A DNA stretch of 64,000 bases from Octopus sinensis (Eukaryota), in contig NC_043017.1 in NCBI RefSeq assembly GCF_006345805.1, forward strand, positions 23,064,001 through 23,128,000, written 5' to 3'. Positions within the stretch are counted from its first letter, which is position 1, and every line of letters begins with the position of its first letter. The notes below the pieces were generated by a model. It was not told the DNA's origin, searched no databases, and was given only the letters and a program-made list of their open reading frames with translations. Of this stretch, positions 52,101 to 62,035 are shown piece after piece. A program made the translations under genes and the position numbers.

Positions 52101-55100
52101 CTAGGCTAACTTCGTCTTTCATTCCTCTAAGATCAATGAAAGAGATATCAATGAAGAATTAGGAACTGATTAAATCAATTATATTTCTACCTCCAAATTT
52201 ACAGGCTGGAACAAAAGTTATAAACATTATTATTATACAAACGGGCACAGACAATAGGTGCTGCTGCTGCTATTATTATTAGTTGTTGTTAAGGAGGTGA
52301 ACTGACAGAATAATCACCACAGTGGACACAATGCTTAGTGGCATATTGTCCGTCTTTATGTTCTGAGTTGAAATTCCACCAAGGTCAACTTTGCCTTTCA
52401 TCCTTTCAAAGTCGATGAAATAAATACCAATCAATCATTGGAGTCAATGTAATCAACTACCAAACTCCTCCAAAATTCCAGGCCCAATGCATACAGAAGA
52501 AAGGGTTGCTATTGTTGGTATCATTAAGGCAGCAAATTGTTGGTAGAATCTAGAACTAGTAAAATTGTTAGCATACCAACAAAAGGCATTTCGGTATTTC
52601 TTCCATCTTTACATTCTGAGTTCAAATGCCACAGAGGTTGACTTTGCCTTTCATCCTTTCAGGGTCAATAGAATAATTGCTAGTCAAGCACAGGGGATTA
52701 ATGAAATTGGCTAATAAAGAAAGCCCAAAATTTCAGACCTTGTGCCAATTAATAAAATTATTATCATCTTCATTATAACTTAAGAGAACTGGCCAATTCA
52801 CTAGTGTTTCAATCACAATGCTTTGTGGTATTTCTTGTGGTTCTTGTTGCTCTGAATTCAAATCTTGGTAAGGCCAACTTTGCTTTTAATCTTTCAGGAT
52901 TGATAAAATAATGTTCCAGTCAAACGTGTTTGATGTAATCAACTAAATTCTCTTCTCAAATTTCTGGCCTTTTACAAGAATCACTGTATAACTGTCGAGT
53001 ATTCTGTTAAATATTTCTATCTTTCAGAAATCTTGAAGAAGACAAAGAAAAACCCACTTCAATTCTATAAAGATTCTATCTTCAGCGAAACTCAGTTACC
53101 TAAACAGCCGTGAGACATGCCTTCATTCCTTGTTTTGGGTGCCCATGTAGTCATAAACAGACATGCTCTCAACTCTCATATTCTTGACACAGGGGAACAT
53201 TGAGGATATGACAAGCATCTGGGGGAAGAAAAAGCTTCACCAGTATTGGGTTGATACTCATTTACAGCTGAGTAGACTGTAGTAACATGAAAGGAAGTAC
53301 TCTTGCTCAAGGACACAACATATCGCCCAGTCAAGGAACCAAACACACAGCGTTATGATTGTAAGCCCAACATCCTAACCACTAAGACAAATACTTATAT
53401 ACAAGAACAATAAGAAGAAAGAGAAAATGCAATAAGATAATTCTCTGAAACTCTCACCTGAGTGGGCCAAACCAGCTTTGATTAATTCATTTATAAACCC
53501 AGAAAGGTCTTCAGCAATCTCTGGGTACTTTATCTTTATCTGCATTCTCCACATCAACTTGCGTGAAAACATCCGTACATACAGTTTCTGGGCAACCTCT
53601 GTCAGAAGCAAAAAATTCCATCTTTAAAATGTTATTTTCCCAATTATCTTCATACATGTGCTTGGGGCTTACACATTAAACCTTAATTAATTCTATACCT
53701 TCTATCTTCAATTCTATAGAATCTCACCTTAATTCTTAGGAATCTTTAAATACTATATATTCTCTGCTTAATTCTATAGAATCTTTTCTTAATTCTATAG
53801 AATCTCTCATTAATTCTATAGAATCTCTTAATTCTACAGATACTCTCTCATTAATTAATTTTATAGAACCTCTATCCTTAATTCTATAGAATCTTTAATT
53901 AATTCTATAGACTCTCTCTCTCCTTAATTCTATAAAATCTCATTCCTTAATTAATTCTAGAAACAAACCAAGTTTGTAAACTGACCTGAGAGTCTGTAAA
54001 ATTTCTCAACAACTTTCATATCATCTTCATTGAAGAGAGATCTGTAATAGTCATCTTCTAACACCTGTGACATCATTGCCATAAAATTCTCCAGGTAATA
54101 AGGGACACGGAACTTGACATCTGTATCCCCATCAACTTCCATCTCTTCAGGTTGAGATCCTGTTCCTTCATCAAGAAATTCATCAGATTTACATTTAGTT
54201 GCAGAGCTTTCGAGACCATCTGCAGGAGATGAGTCGATGCTAGAAGAATCTGAAGAGACTGGTTTTCCAAAATCAGGTAAATTTAATTGTTTCTGCTCCT
54301 GCTGCTTATCACCTGCTTGTTCTGCCAGTAGACATTTGCTTATATTTTTTGATGATTTTGATTCACTGGATAAATTTATGCCTGTACAGTCCACTGTTTC
54401 TTTAACAATGACAGAATCCAAAACCCTGTCTGTTCCGGTTCATTCAGATTTAATCGACATGAGCCGCTGGTCTCATTTGTTTCACTTTGTGAAGACAGAA
54501 TATTTCGTTCTGACACTGACTGCAGTTCATTATCACAGAGTTTGTCGTCACTATCTGATGGCAATGCATGTTGTAATGATTGTGTTGTTGTTGTTGATGG
54601 TGTAACTTCAGTTTTATTTGATATCAAGTGATTATCTGATAAGTCAATACCATTCTCATTAACATCTAATGACAATGGATTAGGTATTGGACCAGGACTT
54701 GCAGATTCCATTCGATCCTTTGAAACTAATGAATTTGTTAAACAATCTTCCGTTCCATTTTCTGTTATGTCAATTATTTCAATAACACCGTTAGATAATT
54801 TCGCCCTCGGTTCCTCACTTCTTTTCTTTTTCCTCTTTAAAGACAGTCTAGTTTTTAGGGAAGTTCTTCCATGTGATTTAGATGTTTCACTTTTTGTATC
54901 CAAACAATTCTGTTTGCTGAAGAAGGATTCAATCCCTGGAGAAAAGAAGAGAGAGAGAGAGAAAAAAAAAAGAGAATATATAAAAATACAGAAGCAAAAA
55001 ATGTTATCGTTACACATATATTCATCGTTGCCTAAACCCTTGTCAACTCTGAAGCAGATCTACAATGAAAGGTATTTCAGCTGAACCATTCTGTTATTTT

Positions 55101-55461
55101 TTTCATACACTCAGGGAATCCAGGACTGTGTTATGCAATGTAGTCTTTTCTATGGCATTTAAATGTGGGATTTGAAAAAAATCTGGCTGCTATTTCTGGC
55201 AGATCAAAAATGCATGTAAAGGCTCCCTAGCCAACTCAGCATATTTGTCTATGGTGTAAACACAGAGATACCATTTACATCAATTTTATAATTCATTGCT
55301 GGTAAGAAAGACAGCCATATATTATTGTTGGTATGGTCACAGTGCCAATATTACAGGTAAACAACCCACCCCACTTATCCTGCTTCTTCCAAGACTTACT
55401 TGATTCAACCTGGAAGCTAATATAGAGGTTAAAAACAGGAAAGAAAGTAATGGAAAACATC

Positions 55462-55497
<36 letters not shown>

Positions 55498-56239
55498 CAT
55501 TGAGTGTGAGAGGTGACAACAATCTCAATCAATCAGTTGAGAGAATCCAGCCATAAAATATTTGGTAAGAAAAGCTCTCAACAAAGTTCAGATGCAGTTC
55601 ACTTTATAATACTACTGACACATCTGGAACAGGTCTGCTGCTACACACACACACACACACACACACAGATATGAACTAGACTGCATTCAAAAATGGCTAT
55701 CCATTTAATTGGCACCAACATGTTACAAACATTGGTTCCCATGTGTTGCTTCTTCATTCTGTCTCTTCTGATGTTACTTTGAACTAACATTTTGTGTCCA
55801 ACTAAACTCTTTCTCCCATCATCGCATCATCCGACTGACTCATATAACCTACCTTACACAAAAACAGGAAATCCTCTTTGTTGACATTTATCCAAAACAA
55901 AGTAACATAGAGAGGTTCAAGCTAAACACCAACCGCATCAATCACTAATTCTCTAAGGGTCTACAAAGGTCATGGTGGTGCTGCCCCTCTTCTTGTAAAT
56001 AAACAACAAAAAAGCAAAACTACATTACCTTCTGAATCATTTGATGGATTTCGTTTTCTTTTATGGGCATTCACAGGAGATTCTGAGCTACAGGTCTTTT
56101 TAACTTCAACACTGTTGACATCTTTTCTGTCTCCAGAGTGATTTTCGGTGGATTTCTTAAAAAAGTGCTCAATTCTGCACTGTTTTCCCATATTTGAAGA
56201 ACTTTCTTTTGCTGGGAGTTTATGGCTTTTACGAGCCAT
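34067..56239 (-). CDS. FAN1: Fanconi-associated nuclease 1, 15 coding exons, ~1001 aa once the exon-2 frameshift is corrected
   Basis: Exons chain with GT-AG and matching phases. Motifs: [19 protein letters not shown]-like helix, LPLFLR...[47 protein letters not shown] active site SGFPDLTLW...[16 protein letters not shown]. Confidence 0.95.
34803..34908 (-). CDS. FAN1: FAN1 exon 14 (catalytic ExK motif)
   Basis: Read manually: [36 protein letters not shown]; ttacag / gtaagc; 106 nt. Confidence 0.95.
35350..35610. mobile_element. Palindromic (hairpin) MITE in FAN1 intron 13
   Basis: Arms ~35350-35475 and ~35485-35610 are imperfect reverse complements; half copies at 1850-2010 and 9055-9230. 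Confidence 0.8.
37506..37634 (-). CDS. FAN1: FAN1 exon 13 (catalytic PD motif)
   Basis: [43 protein letters not shown]; 129 nt. Confidence 0.95.
39442..39540 (-). CDS. FAN1: FAN1 exon 12
   Basis: [33 protein letters not shown]; 99 nt; donor gtttgt. Confidence 0.88.
41087..41607. mobile_element. Tc1/mariner-superfamily (pogo/Tc2-like) MITE, 521 bp
   Basis: TA|CCGTAAATCCTCGAGTATA ... TATACTCGAGGATTTATGG|TA (18 of 19 TIR match). Confidence 0.85.
41641..41837 (-). CDS. FAN1: FAN1 exon 11
   Basis: (G)[38 protein letters not shown]...TASLQ; 197 nt. Confidence 0.95.
42373..42538 (-). CDS. FAN1: FAN1 exon 10
   Basis: [11 protein letters not shown]...[22 protein letters not shown]; 166 nt. Confidence 0.93.
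43633..43794 (-). CDS. FAN1: FAN1 exon 9
   Basis: [29 protein letters not shown]...VVEAPK; 162 nt. Confidence 0.93.
45363..45591 (-). CDS. FAN1: FAN1 exon 8 (TPR region)
   Basis: [16 protein letters not shown]...[21 protein letters not shown]; 229 nt, phase 2/0. Confidence 0.95.
45657..45930. repeat. Degenerate ~40-bp tandem array
   Basis: Recurrent ACTATACCAT..TATGGTACCTACTTAT.GCTAAGTGG-like units, ~6-7 copies. Confidence 0.7.
46811..47033 (+). mobile_element. SINE family A (young-tail type); an older inverted copy lies at 46335-46530
   Basis: Same head, core and tail as 13023-13250. Confidence 0.88.
47448..47582 (-). CDS. FAN1: FAN1 exon 7
   Basis: (R)[45 protein letters not shown]; 135 nt. 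Confidence 0.88.
48449..48547 (-). CDS. FAN1: FAN1 exon 6
   Basis: Read manually: [33 protein letters not shown]; 99 nt, phase 2/2. Confidence 0.92.
48745..48995 (-). mobile_element. Possible decayed Penelope-like RT C-terminal fragment
   Basis: Minus-strand ...[35 protein letters not shown] resembles the L..NGYP...I motif after PLE RT; 48920-48970 recurs inverted at 49088-49137. Confidence 0.3.
49478..49897 (-). mobile_element. Two tandem older SINE-A copies; similar clusters at 38790-38990, 43270-43472, 52293-52975
   Basis: GGCACAAGGCCTGAAATTTTGGGG tail plus shared core. Confidence 0.8.
49905..50415 (-). mobile_element. Two tandem copies of tRNA-derived SINE family D; third copy at 61100-61373 (+)
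   Basis: Head GGCCCAGTGGTTAGGGCAGCGGACTCGCGGTCGGAGGATCGCGGTTTCGATTCCCAGAC followed by non-tRNA body. Confidence 0.85.
50469..50603 (-). CDS. FAN1: FAN1 exon 5
   Basis: Read manually: (R)[45 protein letters not shown]; ttacag / gtaagt; 135 nt. Confidence 0.9.
50921..51243 (+). mobile_element. 3' end of a CR1-clade LINE
   Basis: [38 protein letters not shown]...[14 protein letters not shown], the typical CR1/L2 ORF2 C-terminus, then short 3' UTR. Confidence 0.8.
51759..51966 (-). CDS. FAN1: FAN1 exon 4 (SAP region)
   Basis: (E)[23 protein letters not shown]...KSMMN-R; 208 nt, phase 1/2. Confidence 0.9.
53458..53598 (-). CDS. FAN1: FAN1 exon 3
   Basis: (E)[47 protein letters not shown]; 141 nt, phase 1/1. 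Confidence 0.92.
53675..53962. repeat. AT-rich minisatellite with palindromic core ATTCTATAGAAT, ~12 degenerate units, filling most of FAN1 intron 2
   Basis: Recurrent TTAATTCTATAGAATCTC with variable short spacers. Confidence 0.85.
53986..54935 (-). CDS. FAN1: FAN1 exon 2 (950 nt, contains a 1-nt deletion near 54420-54423)
   Basis: Acceptor ttttctccag. Frame 1 GIESFF...EPEQTGF switches to frame 2 LDSVIVKET...[10 protein letters not shown]...KFYRLS-G. Donor gtcagt. Length 950 where phases require a multiple of 3. Confidence 0.85.
56029..56239 (-). CDS. FAN1: FAN1 coding exon 1
   Basis: tttcag|AAGA-ATG (acceptor 4 nt before ATG implies an upstream exon); MARKSH...[10 protein letters not shown]...NDSE-G; donor gtaatg, phase 1. 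Confidence 0.75.
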
Positions 56240-56298
56240 TCTTCTGAAATTTAAGAATTCAAAATAACATTGTGTGTATCATTATCATCATCATTTAA

Positions 56299-56514
56299 CC
56301 CGTTCGTTACCAACCCGGCTGAATCTGGCTCTGTAGTACAAATATCTTGTTTTCATAAGTCTTGAATTAAAATCTTCCACCTAACCTTAGTCACAATTAA
56401 TGTTCCTAACACCAGCTTAATGATAACTAAGTTATTTTACTAAATTCTTTGTTACATTTAAAATTAATTGAAAGAAACACAGAGCATCTCAAAATAAATA
56501 CAGTAACAAAAGGG
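56299..56514. mobile_element. piggyBac-type MITE, 216 bp
   Basis: TTAA|CCCGTTCGTTAC ... GTAACAAAAGGG|TTAA. Confidence 0.75.
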
Positions 56515-58689
56515 TTAACATCTACTTTTCTATGCTCATAAGAGTTGATTAGAATTTTTTGAAGCAGATTTTACAACTGGATGCCTTTCCTGTCACCAAA
56601 CTTCACCTGTTTCCAAGTAAAGTAATGTTTCTCCATTACTGAACATGTTTTTTGACAAGATTAGAAATGAAGGATATCGCTTGTATGACACTCAATTAAA
56701 ACTATCACACAATACCAAGACAAGGGCAGACACATGTACACACAATAGGCTTCTTTCAGTTTCTGTCCCGTAAATCCACCCACAATCAGGGGTTTATAAT
56801 AAAAGACACAGTAAGACTAAACTGACAACCATGTGGTTGAGAAGGGAACTTCTTAAGCCCTCAGTCAATGCCTGTACAATATATGTATGTACATATAGTC
56901 TGGCAGGAACTTTGTTCATAACCATCAGTAGGTGGTAGTCTCATAGGAACTTCCAGTTTTGCTCTGTGTTATAAGTCTATCATTTTCTCTTCCCAAACTA
57001 TGCTAATAGCTGGGGGAGAGCATGTCAGGTTACGTACAGCTGAGCTGCTCAGAAATTTGCTTTGCAACACTGGCACCATGGGCAAACGTCTTCTACCATG
57101 AGCACTGAGTCAACCAGTTTTGAGAATAAAATTAAAACAGTGTGAAGATCCACTGGACGGTCCATGCCTGTTCCTGGATGGTAGACTTCATCCATTACCT
57201 GGTTTAACACACCCACCTAGCTCTTGAATGCCTTTAATAGAGTCCCCTCTTTCAAATATTCACTCCAGGTCTCTGATCTGAGGTTAGCTTCTTCCCTGAT
57301 AGTCTCAATGGTCTTGAGAGAAGTCATTGATGTTTTTCTCCCTCCGTTCCCTAATCCATTTAAAACACATTTATACCACACTGCCACTGATTATAATTGA
57401 AGCTGCCATATAATTATTCACTCCTAAATAAGACTGGGATTATAATTATTGACCAGAATTAATTATTAAGTTAATGGTGGTGGTTTCTTCCACACTATGG
57501 ACGAAATTATGATTAACTAAATTCTCTTGGTTCACAGCATCAATCCTTTGCCTGCCCAAAAAAGCTTTCTTTTCATAAGTCCCAAGATACTCTACTGGTT
57601 AAATAAAATGGGAATGGGTCATCATCTCTGAGGTATGGACGCCAGGGAAATATGTCCTGTATGTGACATGTAATACACAAGAAAAGAATTGGTTAAACCT
57701 ATGAACACTGTGCAGAAGAAGTCCCAGAATAATTTCCTACAACCATTTTTATAAATTAGATAGATCAGCCAATGAAGAAGCACTTGCGTGGTTGGCGTAC
57801 TGAAAATAGCAGTTAAATCATACCCTATCGCCTTAAACAAAAAAAAAAAAAAGACAAAACCGATGGGTTTGTCATGGATGGCATACCTTGTTTCATAGGT
57901 CTATTGGATAAGAACTGCTTTTGCGAAGTCGTTCTTAACCTAGTTCAATCCGACACTGGGGCTAGGCAATAACAAATAAGCTGCAGTGTGGAGTTAGAAA
58001 AGACAATGGCTATCTTGAATTAGACAGACAAGAGCAGAAGAGGGGCTAACGAAGTAGCATGGTTGCTCGAACTGCTAGAAGTAGCAGCTAAACCCCTCAA
58101 ATAACACTATATTATTAAGAATAAAGGACAAGTGGGATACTACAGTCTGGACACACTATTCCCGAAAATAAGAGGACCTGTTTGGTCAGGACAGAACCTA
58201 ACCTGAAGGACATAAAATAGACAGGTGCAAAAAATTGGCAAAAATCGACATTTCTAAATTCACCCCCCATTTCCAACTTTTTTCAGAATTTTTTTCCCTC
58301 AAAATATGCGAGAAAATACGGAGATAATGATTCTGAAAAAAAATTTCCAAAAATCTTTGTAAAATTTTTTTAAAAGAATTTTTTCTTTTCTAAATATGCA
58401 GAAAAATACGGATTAGGACAAAAATTTCAAAACATTTCTGTACTTACGGTTAGGGTTTTAAGGTTAGTGTAGGGGAAAAAACGTCAAAATTGAAGAAGCT
58501 GGGGGAAAATTTTCACAATGCCGATTTTTGGCAATTTTCTGGAACCTCCGTATCCGAAAACGGGGATTTTTGGCAAAAAAAAAAATTTTTCAACAAATTT
58601 GAGAGAAAATGGGGGGCGGGCAGAAGTCTAGTGCCGTCTTTCCCATCTAAAAAGACAAGGTAGTCACGTCGGGAATGCCTCTAATTAAA

Positions 58690-58737
58690 GAACTGCATTA
58701 TCAGAGCGTAAACGAACTGCATTATCAGAGCGTAAAC
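58690..58737. repeat. Perfect 24-bp tandem duplication
   Basis: GAACTGCATTATCAGAGCGTAAAC twice. Confidence 0.95.
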
Positions 58738-59610
58738 AACATACATATGTAAGGCGAGACAGAGGACCAGAGTCAAATTTCTAGCAAGTTCTATATTTGT
58801 TCAGTTTATATTTAGATGGTGATGAAACTTATTGCCTCTATACCTCTGATACAATTTTGCTTATTTCTTCAGTTCGTGCTATAAAAATAATGTCATGGTC
58901 ATTTGAAAATAGCCGACCTAGGGTTGTACAACCGATTAACACTCGCATGTGACAGCGATGTAGCCACATTCTGCTAAAAATAGCTACTTAATCTTCTTCA
59001 AATTACACTCAGCGAACAACATATTAGAAAATGTGGCCTCTAGACAACTATCTCTGGTGAAAACATTAACACGAGGAGGTCACAGCGGGAAAATTGATAA
59101 ATTTCACTCCCACTCGGTTAAAAGCTGACAACGGACTACAAAAAAAGTGTCAGTACTAACATTCAGAAATTAAATACGAGAAAAACAATGACAGGAGATA
59201 TTACAACTAGTAAATAAACACCCAGTAGCGAAAACATAGAATAAGGGCTAAAGAAACCACTGAACCCAATAAACTTAATTGAAGAAAGACTAAAATAAAA
59301 GTAAATATCTGGACTGAAAAACTTACATTTTCGCGGTTTTGATCCATAGAAAATATGACACTGGAACAGTCACTTGTAAGCTAGCCACACTTTCGAATCT
59401 ACCCTGAATAAAAAACTTTTCTGATTACTATTGCACAGCGGCAAAAGCCCGCGAGCTGGCAGATCTGTTAGCATGCTGGGCAAAAAACTTGGCAATATTT
59501 TTTCCCTCTTTACGATTAAATGACCATTGGAGGACGGAAATAAATTGGTAAAAAAAATATAAAGTCACAATTTTGGCTAAGAAAAAAAGTCACATTTGAT
59601 TTATGGGGCT

Positions 59611-59834
59611 AACTGGCAGAATCGTTAGCACGTCGGGCGAATTGCTTTGCAGTATTTCGTCTGCCGTTATGTTCTGAGTTCAAATTCCGTTGAGGTCGAC
59701 TTTGCCTTTCATTCTTTCGGGGTCGATAAATTAAGCACCAGTTACGCACTGGGGTCGATGTAATCGACTTAATACCTATGTCTGTCCTTGTTTGTCTCCT
59801 CTATGTTTAGCCCCTTGTGGGTAATAAAGAAATA
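59611..59834 (+). mobile_element. SINE family A; another copy at 62050-62250 (-)
   Basis: Same head, core and tail as the TSD-flanked copies. Confidence 0.85.
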
Positions 59835-60491
59835 GGTATCCGAAACCCCACCCCTACCGGACAAAACCCCTTTGACTTTTTTTTTACCTCGATTCAATAA
59901 ATCAATAAGTAAAAATACCTATTAAGTAAGTAAATTAATGTCAAAAGGAAAAGTCAGTTTTGGTCAAGGCAAAATGTCAAGAAAATTGTAACACCTCATT
60001 TAAATAGTATGAATTAGTCGTGGGCAGAGTGTAGTCCGCGAGACCTTCCAAATGGCGCGCCTAATGAAAAATATCCCGATGATAGGTCATGTCTCACGCA
60101 ACCCGCTTCTCGAAAAGGGTTGCCCATGCCTTGTATAACTAATAGCTAAAGAAATTAAACAAATATTTTAAATTGTTTCGATTCATGCCCCTAGTAAATT
60201 CATAATTTTAATCATCTGAGTGGGGTCAAATATTAATAATTGGTCGTCATTTTCAACTATGAGGGGTAGAATTTCGTCAGGGCTTTATGAGCTTATACAA
60301 CAAAGGTTAACATATTTCTTGAAAGGATGCAGATGAAGTACTTACAAGTTTAAGAATTTAAATAAAATATTCTATTCTTATGTATTAAGTTAGTGGGTTG
60401 TTGATGTAAGTAAAGATAAGATAAAATTAAAATAATAAGGTAAAGGGATATAAAGTAAAGAAAAATATAAATGTATGTAAAATATATAATA

Positions 60492-60856
60492 CTAGCACTA
60501 TGACCCGGCAACGCCGGGTCATAGTGCTAGTGCATGCATATACAGCTGCGTGCGTGCGCACATACACGCAAGTACTGTCCAAATCTCCGACCAATCACAT
60601 ACAGCTAGCTGGCATTCAATTGGCGTATCAAGTTTCGGGCATTTTGATTGGGTTTTGGATAGAAAATTTACAAAAAAGTCACTTCTATTGATTATTTTAA
60701 TGGCTTTGCGGGGTGACTGGGGAAATGTAAAGATGTGCACGACCACCCTTGGACGGTTTTGAATGACCATAGAAAGTGCGAGCCCTCTAACTGAAAAATT
60801 GTGGATTTGTATAAAGGACACGCACGCAGACATTTTGCCATTTATATATAGAGAGA
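60492..60856 (-). mobile_element. Non-autonomous Helitron, 365 bp
   Basis: Minus strand A|TCTCTCTATATATAAA ... CCCGGC-GTT-GCCGGG-TCATAGTG-CTAG|T. Confidence 0.8.
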
Positions 60857-61371
60857 TATGAATTTAGATAAAAGGGGAAAAACAATACTTAAATATGCAA
60901 GGGAAGAAAATTATATAATAAAATAAATGAAGGATAAGCTAGATTGTAAAAAATAACTATTCGACCGTTATAAATGAATTATTTTCATTGCTTTGATAAA
61001 GATACGGTTCAGAAAATCTATGGTGGCTTAGCGTTCACATCTAATTGTGTCATATTTAAAAATCAAGTATAAAGAAAAGTTTCATTTATATATGTATATA
61101 TAGTGGTTAGAGTAGCGGACTCGCGGTTTCGATTCCCAGACTGGGCATTGTGAGTGTTTATTGAGCGAAAACACCTAAAGCTCCACGAGGCTCCGGCAGG
61201 GGGTGGTGGTGATCCCTGCTGTACTCTTTCGCCACAACTTTCTCTCACTCTTTCTTCTATTGGCCTGCTCGCTTAGCCAGCGGGGTGGTGTCATTTGAAG
61301 GCTAAAAAACAATACGAAGCGCATTGTGACCAGCGATGTGTAGCAACATCTGATAGCCTGGTCGGTCACGG

Positions 61372-61409
<38 letters not shown>

Positions 61410-61607
61410 GAAAGATGAATAATCTTGTAGTAGATTAATCAAAAGTTTAACCGATACCTTGGTAGCAAAAATCACAGCAGTAAACAGCACGGTTGGAGGT
61501 ACAACCATATGGTGTTGCAACCGTACGTTGGTGCGGATAATTGAAATTAAAATATTATTGGTGAATTGAAGAAATGGAGCTGAACGCAGATTGAACAGAA
61601 ATCGTTT

Positions 61608-61700
61608 TATTTCATTCTACACGTGTTTCGAAAGGCACAATTTACCAAAATCCGATTGAATAATGGGACCATATTGTGTCTTTCTCTTCAGGAAGAAATA
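61608..61700 (-). ncRNA. Type I hammerhead ribozyme, mirror copy
   Basis: Identical sequence on the minus strand in the left arm; predicted cleavage 3' of 61618. Confidence 0.85.
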
Positions 61701-61841
61701 GGAAATCCGTTGGAAAAAACAAACAAAAACAGAACAGAGGCGGAGCAAAAACAAATCGAACTAGGCTCCTAAGAGTCCATGGCGAAACTGTTTTTGCTCC
61801 GCCTCTGTTCTGTTTTTGTTTGTTTTTTCCAACGGATTTCC

Positions 61842-61934
61842 TATTTCTTCCTGAAGAGAAAGACACAATATGGTCCCATTATTCAATCGGATTTTGGTAA
61901 ATTGTGCCTTTCGAAACACGTGTAGAATGAAATA
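61842..61934 (+). ncRNA. Type I hammerhead ribozyme
   Basis: Stem I TATTTC-TTC / GAA-t-GAAATA. Core CTGAAGA 61851-57. Stem II GAAAGACACAAT / ATTGTGCCTTTC (11 of 12 bp). GAAA 61913-16. Stem III C-ACGT-G. GUA cleavage triplet 61922-24. Confidence 0.85.
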
Positions 61935-61981
61935 AAACGATTTCTGTTCAATCTGCGTTCAGCTCCATTTCTTCAATTCAC

Positions 61982-62035
<54 letters not shown>

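Larger units (their letters stand above)
61552..61990. repeat. Perfect 202-bp inverted repeat with 35-nt spacer (arms 61552-61753 and 61789-61990); probable Penelope-like/retrozyme-derived foldback
   Basis: No mismatch seen between the arms by eye; mirrored ORFs 61676+ and 61642- confirm the symmetry. Bounded by (TA)n at 61375-61403 and 61987-62032. Confidence 0.95.

Noticed and set aside
53675-53962. CRISPR-like array or heat-shock elements
   Set aside because: Eukaryotic intron, spacers too short and related, no cas genes. TTC-GAA spacing is 4, not the 2 of an HSE.
54415-54430. Programmed -1 ribosomal frameshift at GGGTTTT in FAN1
   Set aside because: The heptamer is out of phase: zero-frame codons are ACA GGG TTT TGG, not X XXY YYZ. 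A homopolymer error is more parsimonious.
57190-57350. Upstream coding exon of FAN1
   Set aside because: The frame that would join exon 1 contains a stop before the candidate donor; at most a UTR exon, unsupported.
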